Positions 14,070 through 26,759 of a stretch of 64,000 nucleotides of DNA are shown here, piece by piece (the stretch's first letter is position 1; each line of letters starts with the position of its first letter). A program made the translations under genes and the position numbers. This DNA comes from Nageia nagi. Its lineage: Eukaryota > Plantae > Pinophyta. The DNA is taken from NCBI GenBank assembly GCA_050084985.1, contig JBITNC010000001.1:39618001-39682000 (forward strand), read 5' to 3'. Below the pieces are notes generated by a model, which had not been told where the DNA came from, ran no database searches, and saw only the letters and a program-made list of their open reading frames with translations.

Positions 14070-15240
14070 ATGAAAATGCAAATATCTCTTATTCACTTAC
14101 TAAACTTGTAGCTAAAAAGGCCTCCACACAAAGAAAGATTAGTAAACCAAAGGTTTCTTGAATATAGAGTGAAAGAATCTATAAAAAGAAATAATCTATA
14201 TATTTACAAGGAAATATAACCAAAGAAGGTATAAAATTCCTTCAGATAAAGAGAGTTTTGCATAAATCTCTGATAGTTCAGTAAAGATAGTAAGTCAAAG
14301 AGTTTTGTAGAAATCTCCAATAGTTTAGTGAAATAACAAATATTATGTTATTCTAACAAATATAAGGAGCATATACCTCTTAATGATATAAATCTTACAC
14401 CAATAAATACAAATATGGGATTCCATATAAATAGGTTAGTATCTATATATAATATTCAACCATTTGCTCTTCCTAATCCTAGCATTAATATTCACATAAG
14501 CTATGGTGCTAATTCTAGCATAGACATTTAGCCTTAGATAGAAGTAGTGGTTTCAATTACCCCAATAATCCCTAAGCCAAATAAATAAGTAATAAAGATA
14601 TTTTTATACAAGTTGAACATGTTGAAGACTTTGATAAAGATATAGATATGTTAGTCAAAGATGAGTATGGTATAGAGGAACCTACAAAATATGAAGAGAT
14701 TAACAAAATCCTTGAAAAAGATAATATGCCATACTTAGATTGGTCAGAGGAAGATAATAGAATAAAATCCAAATTTCTCCATTTAGTAGATAAACTTAAA
14801 ATTGAAAACATGAGTATACCATAAAATGTTTCATATTATAAGGGGTTGATTTAGAAAGTATGATATGATTACAAAATCAAAATAAGATTATTTCAACCTA
14901 AGAATAAACAACCAACTCAATGTCCTATCACAATACAAGAAGAATTGAAGTACCAAGAGGAAGATGTTGATAGATTACTTTCTCAAGCTATGCATCCTAT
15001 TCCTAGATGGACTCAAGGAGAAACTAATATTAAATATGTGGAACTACTAAAGTGTAATAGAGAATGCATGTTATTATTACCAAATAATGATAAAGAATTT
15101 AGTTTTGACAACTTTCCACAACATCATCCATGATAGAAATGACAAAAGTGGAGCTTTCAAATTTCTCAAGATTAAATAATAATTACTAACATTTGAATAA
15201 GAAAAAAATTAAGAACAACCACTAGAGAATGTAATACATG
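14070..15240 (+). pseudogene. Retroelement ORF remnant (gag/pol-linker-like)
   Basis: Coding-like plus strand (DIDMLVKDEYGIEEPTKYEEINKILEKDNMPYLDW) with a 48-bp tandem repeat at ~14247-14335. No diagnostic catalytic motif. Confidence 0.3.
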
Positions 15241-15914
15241 GTAAATTTTTTCTCCATATACATTTTATTCTTTTTTCTATCTACCTAACTTTCTTCTCAT
15301 CAAAAAATTTAGAAACTAGATTGGCGATAAAGAGGCCATATTTAGAGTCATTTCCCATCTATTAGGCCAACATCTACTTTAGGTTTCTTAGGATTTTTCT
15401 AGCATAATACATACTTTTTAATTATAATTCAACCATTAAGTTGTCTTAGGCTATATTTCACTTTTGGAAATAGTTGTGAGTTTATCTTTGCTTTTAGAAT
15501 TAATATTTCTTAAAATTATACACACATACAACCTTAAAATCATGTTAAATTTATATGGTAATTTCATAAAATTTAAATAGTACTTATAACCATAGGAATT
15601 TAAATAAAAACTTGAACCCCTTATACCTCAATAAGGCCAATGTCCATCTTGGTCTCCATTTAGTTTTTTTTTTTTATTTATATTGTAATCCTTTAGTTAA
15701 TGTAACAATTTATTACAACTTTGGCTTATGCATAGCCACTTATAAGTAAAAATAAACATACATTACATTACTTTCCATAACATTATCCAAATATTTTTTG
15801 AATTAAAGTCAAAATCATACACGAAAATAATTAACAATATAGGAATGTATCTCATATATATTTATAAAAAAATGTGAGATATTATCTTTTACAATAAGCC
15901 AATAACCCAACAAA

Positions 15915-17276
15915 CTAGTTCCTTATGCTCACACTATTTGTAGTACCATGATGACTCCTAGCACTCTTAGTACTCTTGGACCTAGATAAAATCCTACTCA
16001 AAATATGCCTCTTTATCCCATTTTTCTCCTCCAATACCACAAGTTGAGTCTGCAAATACACTTTTTCATTAGTGAGGTATTCTATTTTCTTATTGTGTTC
16101 CAACACACAATTCATCATTCCTAAAACATTTTGGTAATTGAAAGCCTCATGCATATTTTGAAGCATCTCTAGGTCTTGTTCCAATGCTACCAACCTCACC
16201 TTTAGTCCTTCTAGCTCATTATTGTTGCTATCCATCTCACCTTTTAGGCTTGCCAATTCATCTTATATGTTCTTTCTTGCAACCTTCTTAGAATCCAAGT
16301 CAAATTTTGTTTTGTATAAAAAAATAAAATAATAAACATATGTTACCTATTTGTTATTTCTTTTAAGAACTAACTTATAGGTATAATATTAAAATACTTA
16401 ATTAATTCACAAGTTGTTTTTGAGTCTTTAAAATGGGAATACTAGTAGGAACCTCATCCCATCCTACTAGCTCCTCATGTTGTGGAACATCCTCCTTCAT
16501 GTGTCCATATTACTCATATTCTCCCTCTTCCTCATCTTATTATTCTTGAACTTCTCCTTCCATAGCCTCTACTAGATCCTTCAATCTATATATCCCCAAG
16601 TGGTCAAGTCTTGCTCTAGCCCACCATGATAGTTACTCATGGTCAAATTGAGGCCCATCAAGTGCCTCAACTCCCTCATCATTTGCATCACTCCCTAATC
16701 ATTTTCCTAAGGAGACTTATAATCTTATTTCCACTTGGGAGGGGTATCATATAAGTTATGATCATGTGCCCTATACCTACCCATCCTCACTATAAATTTG
16801 CATTCAGGATGAATAGCTTTCCTTTTGCCAAACTGCCTTAGAATATTTTTATTTGTAGGGTTCCAAAAATATCTTTGTTGTCTATAAATAGTAAGGATTC
16901 ATCTACCAACCCAACTCTCCTCTTGGCTCATTTGGCCAATATGGAAAAGAGGCATAGGGTCTATAAATAACATCTCCTATAAACCAAAATTGTGAATTAG
17001 AGTCTAGTTTAATAAACTAACCAATATCAATAAATTGTCTTTTGAAAAATAATTTACCATCCATAAGACCATCTATCATCTTCTAATAGGATTCCACACT
17101 CTTATCAAGTCATGTTACCTTGCCCACCCTAGCCCATAAATACCATGTGGGATGCTCAAATGATGTGCTAGTTATTAGAATTTCCCTTGACCAAATAATT
17201 TATATGTGCTCATATGCCCAACATTTCAACATAAATGAGTGTGCAATCATCATCCCATTTTTCACACCATGATGAA
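15915..17276 (-). pseudogene. PMD (plant mobile domain, aminotransferase-like) ORF, 3' part with acidic linker and coiled-coil tail
   Basis: HHGVKNGMMIAHSFMLKCWAYEHI directly left of the Copia. It joins YAWAPYIIA*MYHELHNF on the far side of the Copia. The ORF at 15915-16256 is coiled-coil-like. Confidence 0.75.
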
Positions 17277-17798
17277 TGTTGCAAATACACTTCATCAGAC
17301 CTTAGAATTTGAGATCAAAAGATCAAATTATGTACTCTATGATGAAACATAACCTCCTAGGGTGTTTCCTAGAAAAATGCCATTGTGTTTTCAAAATATG
17401 CCCACATTTCCTAAAACATGTTGACCTAGCACATTTTCCCTAAAATGCAAGCATATTTTAGTTTGGAAGTTCATAGTAGTTAAAGGTGAACTATCAAGTC
17501 ATTTTTTACCATTTTCAATTCAATTTTTTCTCATTTTTAATTATATTTCTTTTAATTAAGCTTCAAGATGTATAAATAAATAATCTATACTTGTTCTTCA
17601 TTTGGATTGTGGTGTTGATTGGTGTAACTTAAAGATTGCATCCAAACTAGTAATGCAAATTGTTTGACAAAATATCACAGTAAGGTTTTCTTCAATAAAT
17701 CATCAATTCAATCCTAATTTTGTTTTGTATAATATATTGATTTTTGTATGGTGAATGTTAATGCATTGTTAATTATATATTTATGGTGTTAAACTTCA
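17277..17798 (+). repeat. Copia 5' LTR
   Basis: TGTTGCAAATACACTTCATCAG...AAACTTCA, collinear with 38971-39483. Confidence 0.93.
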
Positions 17799-17800
17799 TT

Positions 17801-17812
17801 AGGTATTAGAGC
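17801..17812 (+). promoter_or_regulatory. Copia PBS, tRNA-iMet type (degenerate)
   Basis: AGGTATTAGAGC against the canonical TGGTATCAGAGC, 2 nt after the LTR. Confidence 0.85.
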
Positions 17813-17919
17813 TTGAAGTTAAAGGATTGAGTTTTTTATTGGGTTTGAAAAATATGGGTGTTGTGCAAAAGTTTGGAAAGAATTTTTGCAAATCCAAGAT
17901 GTGTTGAAGATCTATTGTA

Positions 17920-20900
17920 ATGGAAAGAAACTTAAATTCAATACCAAAACCTAAATTTGATGGGCATAATTATGAATATTGGAGCATCAAAATGATGACT
18001 CTCTTGGAAGGAAAATATTTATGAAACATTGTAGAGAATGGCTACAAAGAACCTAATGATTGGAGAGTTCTAAGTGAAGACACTAAGAAGGAGACTAAGG
18101 AGAATAAGAAAAAGAACTTTTGGCTTTATATCATATATAGGTTGCTTTGATAAAAGCATATTCCCGTTAATATTTATGCATAAACCTACTTTTTATGTAT
18201 GGAAAATTTGAAACAAGGCTACCAAGGAAGTGTCAAAGTGAAGGAGGTCAAGCTTTAGACATTGAGAAGAGATTTTGAAAATCTTAAACAACATGAAATT
18301 GAGAGTGTGGGTGATTATTGTATAAGGGTAAAGTCCATAGTAAATAAAATACCATCTTTGGTGATGAAATGGAAAAAAATTTTAGTGCTTAAAAAAGTCT
18401 TGAGGAATTTACTTTCAAAATGGGATAATGTGGATCTTATTATTGAAGAGACCAAAGATATTTCCACTATGGAGTTTGATCAGTTAGTTGGCTCTCTTAC
18501 ATCACATGAAGAGAGGTTTTTGATAAGATCTAATATTGGTATAAGTTAAGAACAAGAATTCTCATCCAAGGAGAATGAAAGTAATAGTGGAAGAGGTCAA
18601 GGTAGAGGTCAGAATGGACGAGGAGGAAGAAGAGGCTCTTCTGGAAGAGGATGAAGGAGAGATCAGATTCTTGATGGTGACTAGGCCAATAGTGCAAGTG
18701 CAAGTACAATAGGAGGATCTAGTTCCAAAGGTAGAGGAAGATATAATAAGAATGTGAAATGTTATCATTGTAATAAGTATGGCCATTATTAGAGGGAGTG
18801 TAGGCTCAAATAAGCCTCTCAAAATAGAATCAGATAAGCCAATTATGGAGAAGAATAATCCTATGAAGAGGATTTATTATTTATTTCTATTGTATAAGAG
18901 GATAATCATTGAATCAAGGCACTTCTTTCACAATACAAACCAAAATATTTCATCAATGATGAAACTTGGATTCTTGATGGTGGTTATTCCAACCACATGA
19001 CTAGAAAGGAGGAGCTTTTTTCATCTCTTGATCATTCATTTAGTTCCAATATCAAACTTGGGGATGAGAAAATATTGGAGGTGATTGGAAAGGGGGAAAT
19101 GGATGTTCCTACCAAAAGAGATACTATGAAGGTAAAAAGTATATATTTTGCTCTTGATTTGAAACATTCTCTCTTAAGTGTTGGGAAAATGCTTGCAAAT
19201 AATTATAAGTTATTTTTTAAAGATAAAATGTGCAAAATTTATGATAAGAACAAAGGTGGAAAGTTGTTCATATAGTAAAAATGAATAAAAAGAAACTTTT
19301 TCCCATCAAGTTTGTTGAGCAAGGGGAGGCTTTGCTTGTGTGAGCATTGATGATAATGCAAATTTATGGCATTTAACATTTAGCCATTTGAATTTTCATA
19401 GTTTAAAGCTTTATCTCCACTTGTGTATGGTTTTCCAAAGTTCCAAGATACTACAAAAGTTTGTGAAGGGTGTGCTCTTGGAAAGCATGCAAGTAGGCAT
19501 TTTCCAAAGAATGAAGTATGGAGGGCCCAATCTCTTCTACAATTGGTTCATAGTGATCTTTATGGACCAATACAAACATAAAGTATGGGTAAACCTTATT
19601 ATTTTATTACCTTTATTGATGATTTTCTAGATATTATTGGGTATTTTTTCTTAAACACAAAGATGAGGCATTTGAGTACTTCAAGGCTTTTAAAGCTAGT
19701 GTTGAGAATCAGAGTGAGAATACTATCAAGTGTTTAAGGACTTATCATAGTGGTGAGTTTTTCTCTAATGATTTCTTGAATTTTTTTAGAGATTTTAGCA
19801 TCAAAAGGTAATTAACATCACCCTATACACCTCAACAAAATGGGGTAGCTGAAACAAAGAATTGAACTTTGGTAGATATGGCAAGGTGTATGATGCACAC
19901 AAAAGGTTTGAGTAATTTTTATTGGTTAAAGATATGAGGAATGTTGTTTATATTTTAAATAGGCTTCATACAAGGATTTTAGATAATATTACTCCATATG
20001 AATGTTGGATTGGAAAGAATGTAAGTGTGAAGCATTTCAAAGTATTTGGTTATGTAGCATATATTCATGTGAGTGATGAACATAGAAAAAAACTTGATGG
20101 TAAGAGTGAGAGGTGTATTTTTATTAGCTATAGTGAACATTCAAAAGCTTATATATATTTTAATCCAATTTCTCACAAATTTTTAGTGTCCAAAGATGTC
20201 ATTTTTGATGAAGGGGGAAGTTGGAAGTCTCTAAAATGACAAAAGTTGTTTGCTGATGATCGTATGTTTGAAGAAGTTGCTTCAAATGATCAAGAAAATA
20301 TTCATCCTAGTTATGTTTCACACATTCAAATGCAGCCCAAATTTGATTTCTCATCACAAATGGGGTCTTATATTGTATCATCAAGTCTAAAAAATGGTTC
20401 TTCTTCACCTCCATCACTAAGTAAGTGTGTAAATCAATCAATGAAAGGTAAAAGATTATTGAAAGATCATCCATCTTCCAAAATGTTAGATCAAAACTTT
20501 TCCATAAGGTTGAAAAGAAGTCAACATAAGGAGCTTGATATGACATTACAAAGGATTGAAAACTTGCAAATGTTGGGAGATGAAGACAATGGTGAGCCCA
20601 AAGGTGATATGGTAAATTATGCTCTTATTTCTACTACTTCTAATGCACATGTTTCTAAATCTTCTAAAGTTACAAAACTTGATGATTTTGAGCCTTCTTA
20701 TTTTGAACAAGCATATTCTAACAAGGTGTTGATGAAGGCTAGAATGAGGAAATATCTTCTATTTTTAATAATGACACATGGGATTTGTGTGATCTACCCA
20801 TAAAAATAAAATGTGTTGGATGTAAATGGATCTACAAGATCAAAAGGAATAGTGATAATTCCATTGAAATTTAAAATGTATAGTTGGTTGCAAAAGGGTT

Positions 20901-22141
20901 CACATAAAAGTATGGCATAGACTATGAGGAGACTTTTGTTCCTATTGCAAGGCAAGAGACCATTCAGATGGTGCTTTCATTGGAAGACCACAAGCATTAT
21001 AATGTGCATCACATGGATGTGAATAGTGAATTATGTAATGGCTATATTGAAGGAGAGATATATATGGCACAACCTCAAGGTTTTAAGGTTCAAGGAAAAG
21101 AAGATTAGGTATATATATTGAAGAAGTACTTATATGGGATGAATCAAGCTCCAAGAGCTTGGTACACAAGAATCAATGATTACCTTCTTAAGTGTGGCTA
21201 TTAGCAAAGTAATAGTGAGCACAATTTGTATTACAAGAAATAAGGTATTGATATTCTACTTGTTTTCTTGTATGTTGATGATTTGTTGTTTATGGGAAGT
21301 AGTTATTAATTATGTGATTCTTCTAAGAATGAGATGAAAAAGGAGCTTGATATGATTGATATTGGTTTGATGAGTTACTTCTTTAGCATGCAAGTACATC
21401 AAGCATATGATAAAATTTTTCTTTTCCATGACAAATATGCTAGGGAGATGTTGAAGAAGTTTGGAATGAGTGAATACAAACCTATAACTACTCTAATTTC
21501 CTATGTAGAGCTTTTATGTTCACATGATAGGGCTGAAAAAGTGTGTAAAATAGAGTATAGAAGCATTTTAGGGAGTCTAATGTTCCTATGTAACATAAGG
21601 CTAGATATATGTTATGCAATATCTCTTTGTTCTAGGTACATGGCTAATCCTCCTTGCTTACACTTGAAAGTAGACAAGAGAATCCCAAGGTATGTACGTG
21701 GTATAAAATTATTGCATTCATTACTTCTCTACTAATAATTTGAAGTTAGTTGATTTTAGTGACAATGATTGGGGAAGTAATCTTGATGACCAGAAGTCCA
21801 CTAGTGACAACTTCTTCTCACTTAGTACTAGATTGATTACCTAGAGTTCAAAGAACTAATCTATAGTTTCTCTATCTTCTACTGAGGCTAAATATATAGC
21901 ATTGATCTCATTGGTGTACAACCTTATGGCTTAGGAAATTTCTTGATGAGATCGATGAGAAGAAAGAATATTCTACTACACTTTTTTGTGACAACCAAAG
22001 TGCCATTAAGTTGGCATAAAATCCAATACACCATGTACATTCTAAATACTTTTACATCAAGTATCATTATATCAAATACATGGTGGAGAAGAATTGGATC
22101 AAATTGAGGTATTGCAATACTAAGAACTAGATTTCTAATAT
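17920..22141 (+). pseudogene. Copia gag-pol (gag, CCHC knuckle, protease, integrase, RT, RNase H); the last codons resume at ~38886-38960
   Basis: PKFDGHNYEYWSIKM, KCYHCNKYGH, WILDGGYSNHMT, PYTPQQNGVAE, HFKVFGYVAY..HRKKLD, LYVDDLL, YRSILGSLMFL. After the nested insertion the frame resumes IFIKQVVGS.FLILRDLI. Confidence 0.93.
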
Positions 22142-22998
22142 TGTAGGCACCTAAAAATGACTCATTCAAAAATTGGATGAAAAGGGCACTTAAAATTATG
22201 TGCAAGCATAAAAAACTAACTTCAGATAAAATACCAATGATTGGGTACTAATCATAGATGATTAGACCCAATCACCAATGTTTGACCTAAATTGCTAATG
22301 ACTCTATAACAAGAAAAACTTAAAAAGAAGATGAGCTATGGAGCTCATATCTTCCTTAGAAATATGGATAAGAAGAGGATTCATTATCCTAGATATGATT
22401 TGATGCAACTCCCTTGACCTATTCCTATCCATGGATGAGTTTTGACTCCATTTTCATAGCTATCCTAGGTGACTAACTTAGCAAATGAAAAATCTATAAA
22501 TGCAATGCACAAAATACATAATTTAAACCCTGATTGGAAGTAAGATAATGCTACAAAAATCATACTAGGATTTTTATGAGACTATCTACTTTCATTTATA
22601 TAATTTTACCTATCTTCATGTTTTAATGCTTATGATTTATGAGTATAGGTATGTTTTATGTGTTATTTTAGCATGTGTCTAGGGTCCATAGGTACTAAGG
22701 CATGATGAATTAAAGACACATTGAGCTAGGAGCCAAACATAATCTAGAACAAGGAAAAATACACTCAAGTTCAATATATATCTCAAGTTGTAAAAATTTT
22801 GATAGTTACATCAATGATTCCTTCATTTTTCCAATGGGGGGGTCTATATCATACCATATTGTAAAATCCCTTTCAAAAGGAAATGGATTATGAAATTCAT
22901 AGATTGTAAAAATCAAGGTATTTTGAAAAAGTAATAGAATACATACTTGTTCTAATAGTATTTTTCTTTATGTTAATAGGTTTCTTTTATAGCTAATA
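22142..22998 (+). repeat. Gypsy 5' LTR (lacks ~47 bp present in the 3' LTR)
   Basis: TGTAGGCACCTAAAAATGACTC..., collinear with 37982-38885; roughly 17 mismatches in the first ~120 nt by eye. Confidence 0.92.
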
Positions 22999-23002
22999 TT
23001 TT

Positions 23003-23019
23003 TGGTGCTAGAATGAGGG
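23003..23019 (+). promoter_or_regulatory. PBS complementary to the tRNA-Asn 3' end
   Basis: TGGTGCTAGAATGAGGG against TGGCGCTAGAAGGAGGG. Confidence 0.8.
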
Positions 23020-23839
23020 CCTTGCATACAAATGACATCAAATATCATACATAGGGGGTTTTCCTTTGAGTCATTATAATTTGATGTCCTTTGTATCTTA
23101 TGGTTTCAAGTATTCTAATCTTGTTTTTGTTGTTTTGTATTTTCACAGGTTAGTATATAGTGTCTCTAATGATTTAACATTGAACATCAGTGAACAAAGT
23201 GAATTTCCAATGCTTTATCTAGAATTATGGTGATTCCAAAACATAGGTAAATTCTCCATCTTTTTTCAATAATACAAGCATAATGTAGGCATTTAAAGTG
23301 AAGATGGGAATGAAAATTATATACAAATAGGTAGAGTAAAATGTAGGAACGCATTTAATTTTGGTATGTTTAATTGAAATTTATCTTATTTTACTTATTT
23401 TTTAGGTTGGGTTTGCTTATCACACATAAAAATTCCTTCATATTACCCACTTATGCTCTCCCTTTGTGCTTTTATGCAATCTTAGGTGACCAAAATGGGT
23501 TTGATAAGGAAGAAGTAAATGAAATTTCTATTCTCACACTATCCTTAATTCGATTAATGAATCTACATTAAAATACTTCAACATTTGGAAGAGATTAATG
23601 AATCCTCATTAATATTGGAAATGAACTTAAGGACAATGAATCAAGTTTAAGGTAGTTAGTACATTAAAATGGTAAATGAATATGGGGGTTGCACTTACAC
23701 TTAATTACTTATACTTGATTAAGTATGCTCTTATTTTTGTACCTGTGGTGATATAAAGCAATCAAAAAGGTTAAGTAGAAGGAGGAATGAACTTTCATTT
23801 AGTATAAAACATAAACCACACACTAATACTCTTACTTGT

Positions 23840-23998
23840 CCTCCCTTACCACTTCATAAGGAGGTAGAAGGTTGATGTGACTCAAAGAGGGGTAAAAAAA
23901 CCACATTTAAAGGTATTTTACATTCACTTAATGGATTCTTACCTATCTTCCCTTACCACTCTGAGAGGAGGTAAAGGTTGATGTGACTTGAAGAAGAG
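23840..23998 (+). repeat. Two ~52-bp direct repeats in the long Gypsy leader
   Basis: CCCTTACCACT...GGAGGTA(G)AAGGTTGATGTGACT at ~23840 and ~23947. Confidence 0.8.
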
Positions 23999-24787
23999 AT
24001 AATAAATTCATTAAAATTACTTCCATAGGTAGAAGGGGTTAATGAATATCATTATTAATCTTGGTTAATTAACAACATTTAATTTGGTAATTAACACATG
24101 GGTTGTTTAGATCATTAAACACTTAATTAAAAAAATAAGAACTTTTGGAATTACATAAGTTAAATAATTAACCAATGTGTATGATTGAGAAGGTTATAGA
24201 TTGCATCACATATTTCTTTTCATGCAATATATGCATATACATGTGCCCCTTTTAAAAGGAACATCAATGAGTTCAAGTTAATTACCAACCATTGATTATT
24301 ATATTCTTATGTACCCATTGATCAATTAAAAAGCCTTAGAGCTAAGATTTGGGGATGAATACTAGGTTCATAGGATATAAGTTATTACTTTCTGCTAAAT
24401 AAATATAAATAAGAGACTTTACTTGGATTTCATCACCAAGATAGATCTTAAATTTCTGTTGCACTAAGGGGATCACCTTAAGTATAATTCTAAGACTTAG
24501 CCATAGCTAGTCTCTTAAGACTACTAGCCTTCCTTGTTCAAACACTTGACTAGTCCAAACAAAGCTAGGAAAACTAAAAAGACTTAAAATGTATTTCTCA
24601 TAATGATAATTTAACAAATATTAACTAAATTGATTCAAAATGCTAAAAAATATAAACAAATCATGGGAATGAATGATTCATGTAGGATGTTTATGCATTA
24701 AGTTGTTTTCTCAAAAATTTAAATCTAAAAAATAAAAACTAGTTTCTTTACATGATGTTCACTTATTTTATTGTCTAAAAACCAAAA

Positions 24788-26716
24788 ATGGTCCAAACAT
24801 GTTCTCAAAGGGATTATCAAGAACTAGATGCTTGATACAACCTTGATTATGAAGTGAGAAGTTCTAGGGTTCTTTCAAAAAGAGAAACATCTCAATTGAA
24901 AATCTTGGAGAACAAATAGGCCCTATTGATCATTATTTACAAGAGGTTAGACAATGTCTAACTCAATTAACAATACCACTTACTTCACCACACATACATA
25001 GCCTCTCCCCCTATGTTATATATTTAGAAGAAGATAAGCCTCAATATATTAATGAAGAAGAAGGAAAACCCCATCCATCAAGGGCAAAATCACATAATAC
25101 TATAATACAAAGGGCTCTCTTTAAGCCTAAGTATGCCAAAGTAACCCACTACTTACCATATGGATGATTAGATCAATCTTATATGAGGAGGGATGATTAC
25201 TCCCCTTCTACTATTTCTAGACAAATGAGAGGGTTTGATTATAGAGTGTCTATTCATACAACAACTCCTAGACTCTATAAGAACATATTTTCAAAACATA
25301 TTATAATCCTTACTATGTTTTATGATCTAATACACTATCCCCTCTGGTAAGGATGCAACAACTTACTCAAGTGCATCCTTGTAAGTTAAACATAGAACAA
25401 TTTAAATTACAAAAAATACCTCCCTATCCTCATATGAGGTCATAACCTAAAGTTGTTACATAACAAAAGGGATTACAACAACCCTAGGATTGGGAACAAC
25501 CTAGTTAATGAGTTTCAAATCCTATAAAGTTTATTGAACATCATTGGATTGAAACTCTTGTTGTAACTAATAAACCTTAGCTACAAGAGGTCGTAGATCA
25601 AACATTCAAGTATAACCCTATTCCTAGGGCACATTTTGTATCCTCTCAAGCTTGTGGGACATATAAATATCAAGATCCTTATTTTACAAAAAAGAAAGAG
25701 CTCTCTCTAAAAATAAGACAAGAGGAATTAAAAAAATATCTCCTTCTAAAATAATAAAAGAAACAAGAAGGGTTACACAGATAATTTCCTCCACCATAGG
25801 AAAGAAAGCAAGCATACCAACTCCTTAAAAAACAATTTCCTCCAAATATACCTCACCAACCTCCCCCACCTACACCACCTTATGATGAAGGTTATTATGA
25901 ACCCATGATTCCTTTCGAATATCATTATTATCCTTATCAAAGATATGAAGAAATAAATCATCTTATAGAGGAAACATATCCAAAATATAAAAAGTATCCT
26001 AGCATTTCACACAATCAACTGATGGATAATGCAACAAAAGAATATGATGAGTTATATAAGAAAGAAAAATTATCTATACAAGGCAAACAAAAAATATCTT
26101 ATGAAGTAATTTGCAATGAACCTCTTCATCCTGATGTCCCCAAAAAAGAAATTCCTTTTAAATTTGAGATTCCTAAAATCAAACCATTCAAAGGAAAAAA
26201 ATATCCCAATGAACATTTAATAAGGTTCAAGTATTCAATATATTTAATAGCTAATGATGATGCTTTAATGCTCTATATCTTTCCAATGATGCTTGCTGGA
26301 TAAGCCATGGACTGGTATAATAATCTCCCTAAGCATAGCATCAAGTCATACTCTCAATTAGAAAACTTATTTTTAGAGAATTTCAATTAACATCAAAATT
26401 AAAACCTCCATCATTGATCTTACAAGATTACAACAATTTTTGAATGAGTTAGTTACTAATTTCATCTCACAATGGAGAGTGGTGTTAACAAGTATGCCCT
26501 ATAGCTTACCTCAAGAAGAGTTAGTTAAATTGTTTAGCCAAAGTTGTTTGAGATCTATTGCTAGTACATTACAAATTAAATAGCTTAAAACATTTGAAGA
26601 AGCTATTTCTCAAGTAGTGGTAATTGAAAGAGTCAAAATATAGGATGGAGAAATAAAAATTAAAAAGAAATAAGGATATGGAAAAAATAAGAGCAAAATA
26701 GATCAAACAAGTAAAA
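24788..26716 (+). pseudogene. Gypsy gag (C-terminus deleted)
   Basis: MVQT(C/R)SQ start; PFKFEIPKIKPFKGKKYPNEHL...FPMMLAG.AMDWYNNLP Retrotrans_gag motifs. Confidence 0.85.
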
Positions 26717-26759
26717 ACTTATTTGCCTAATGATATAGCTTTACTATATACTCACTTTT

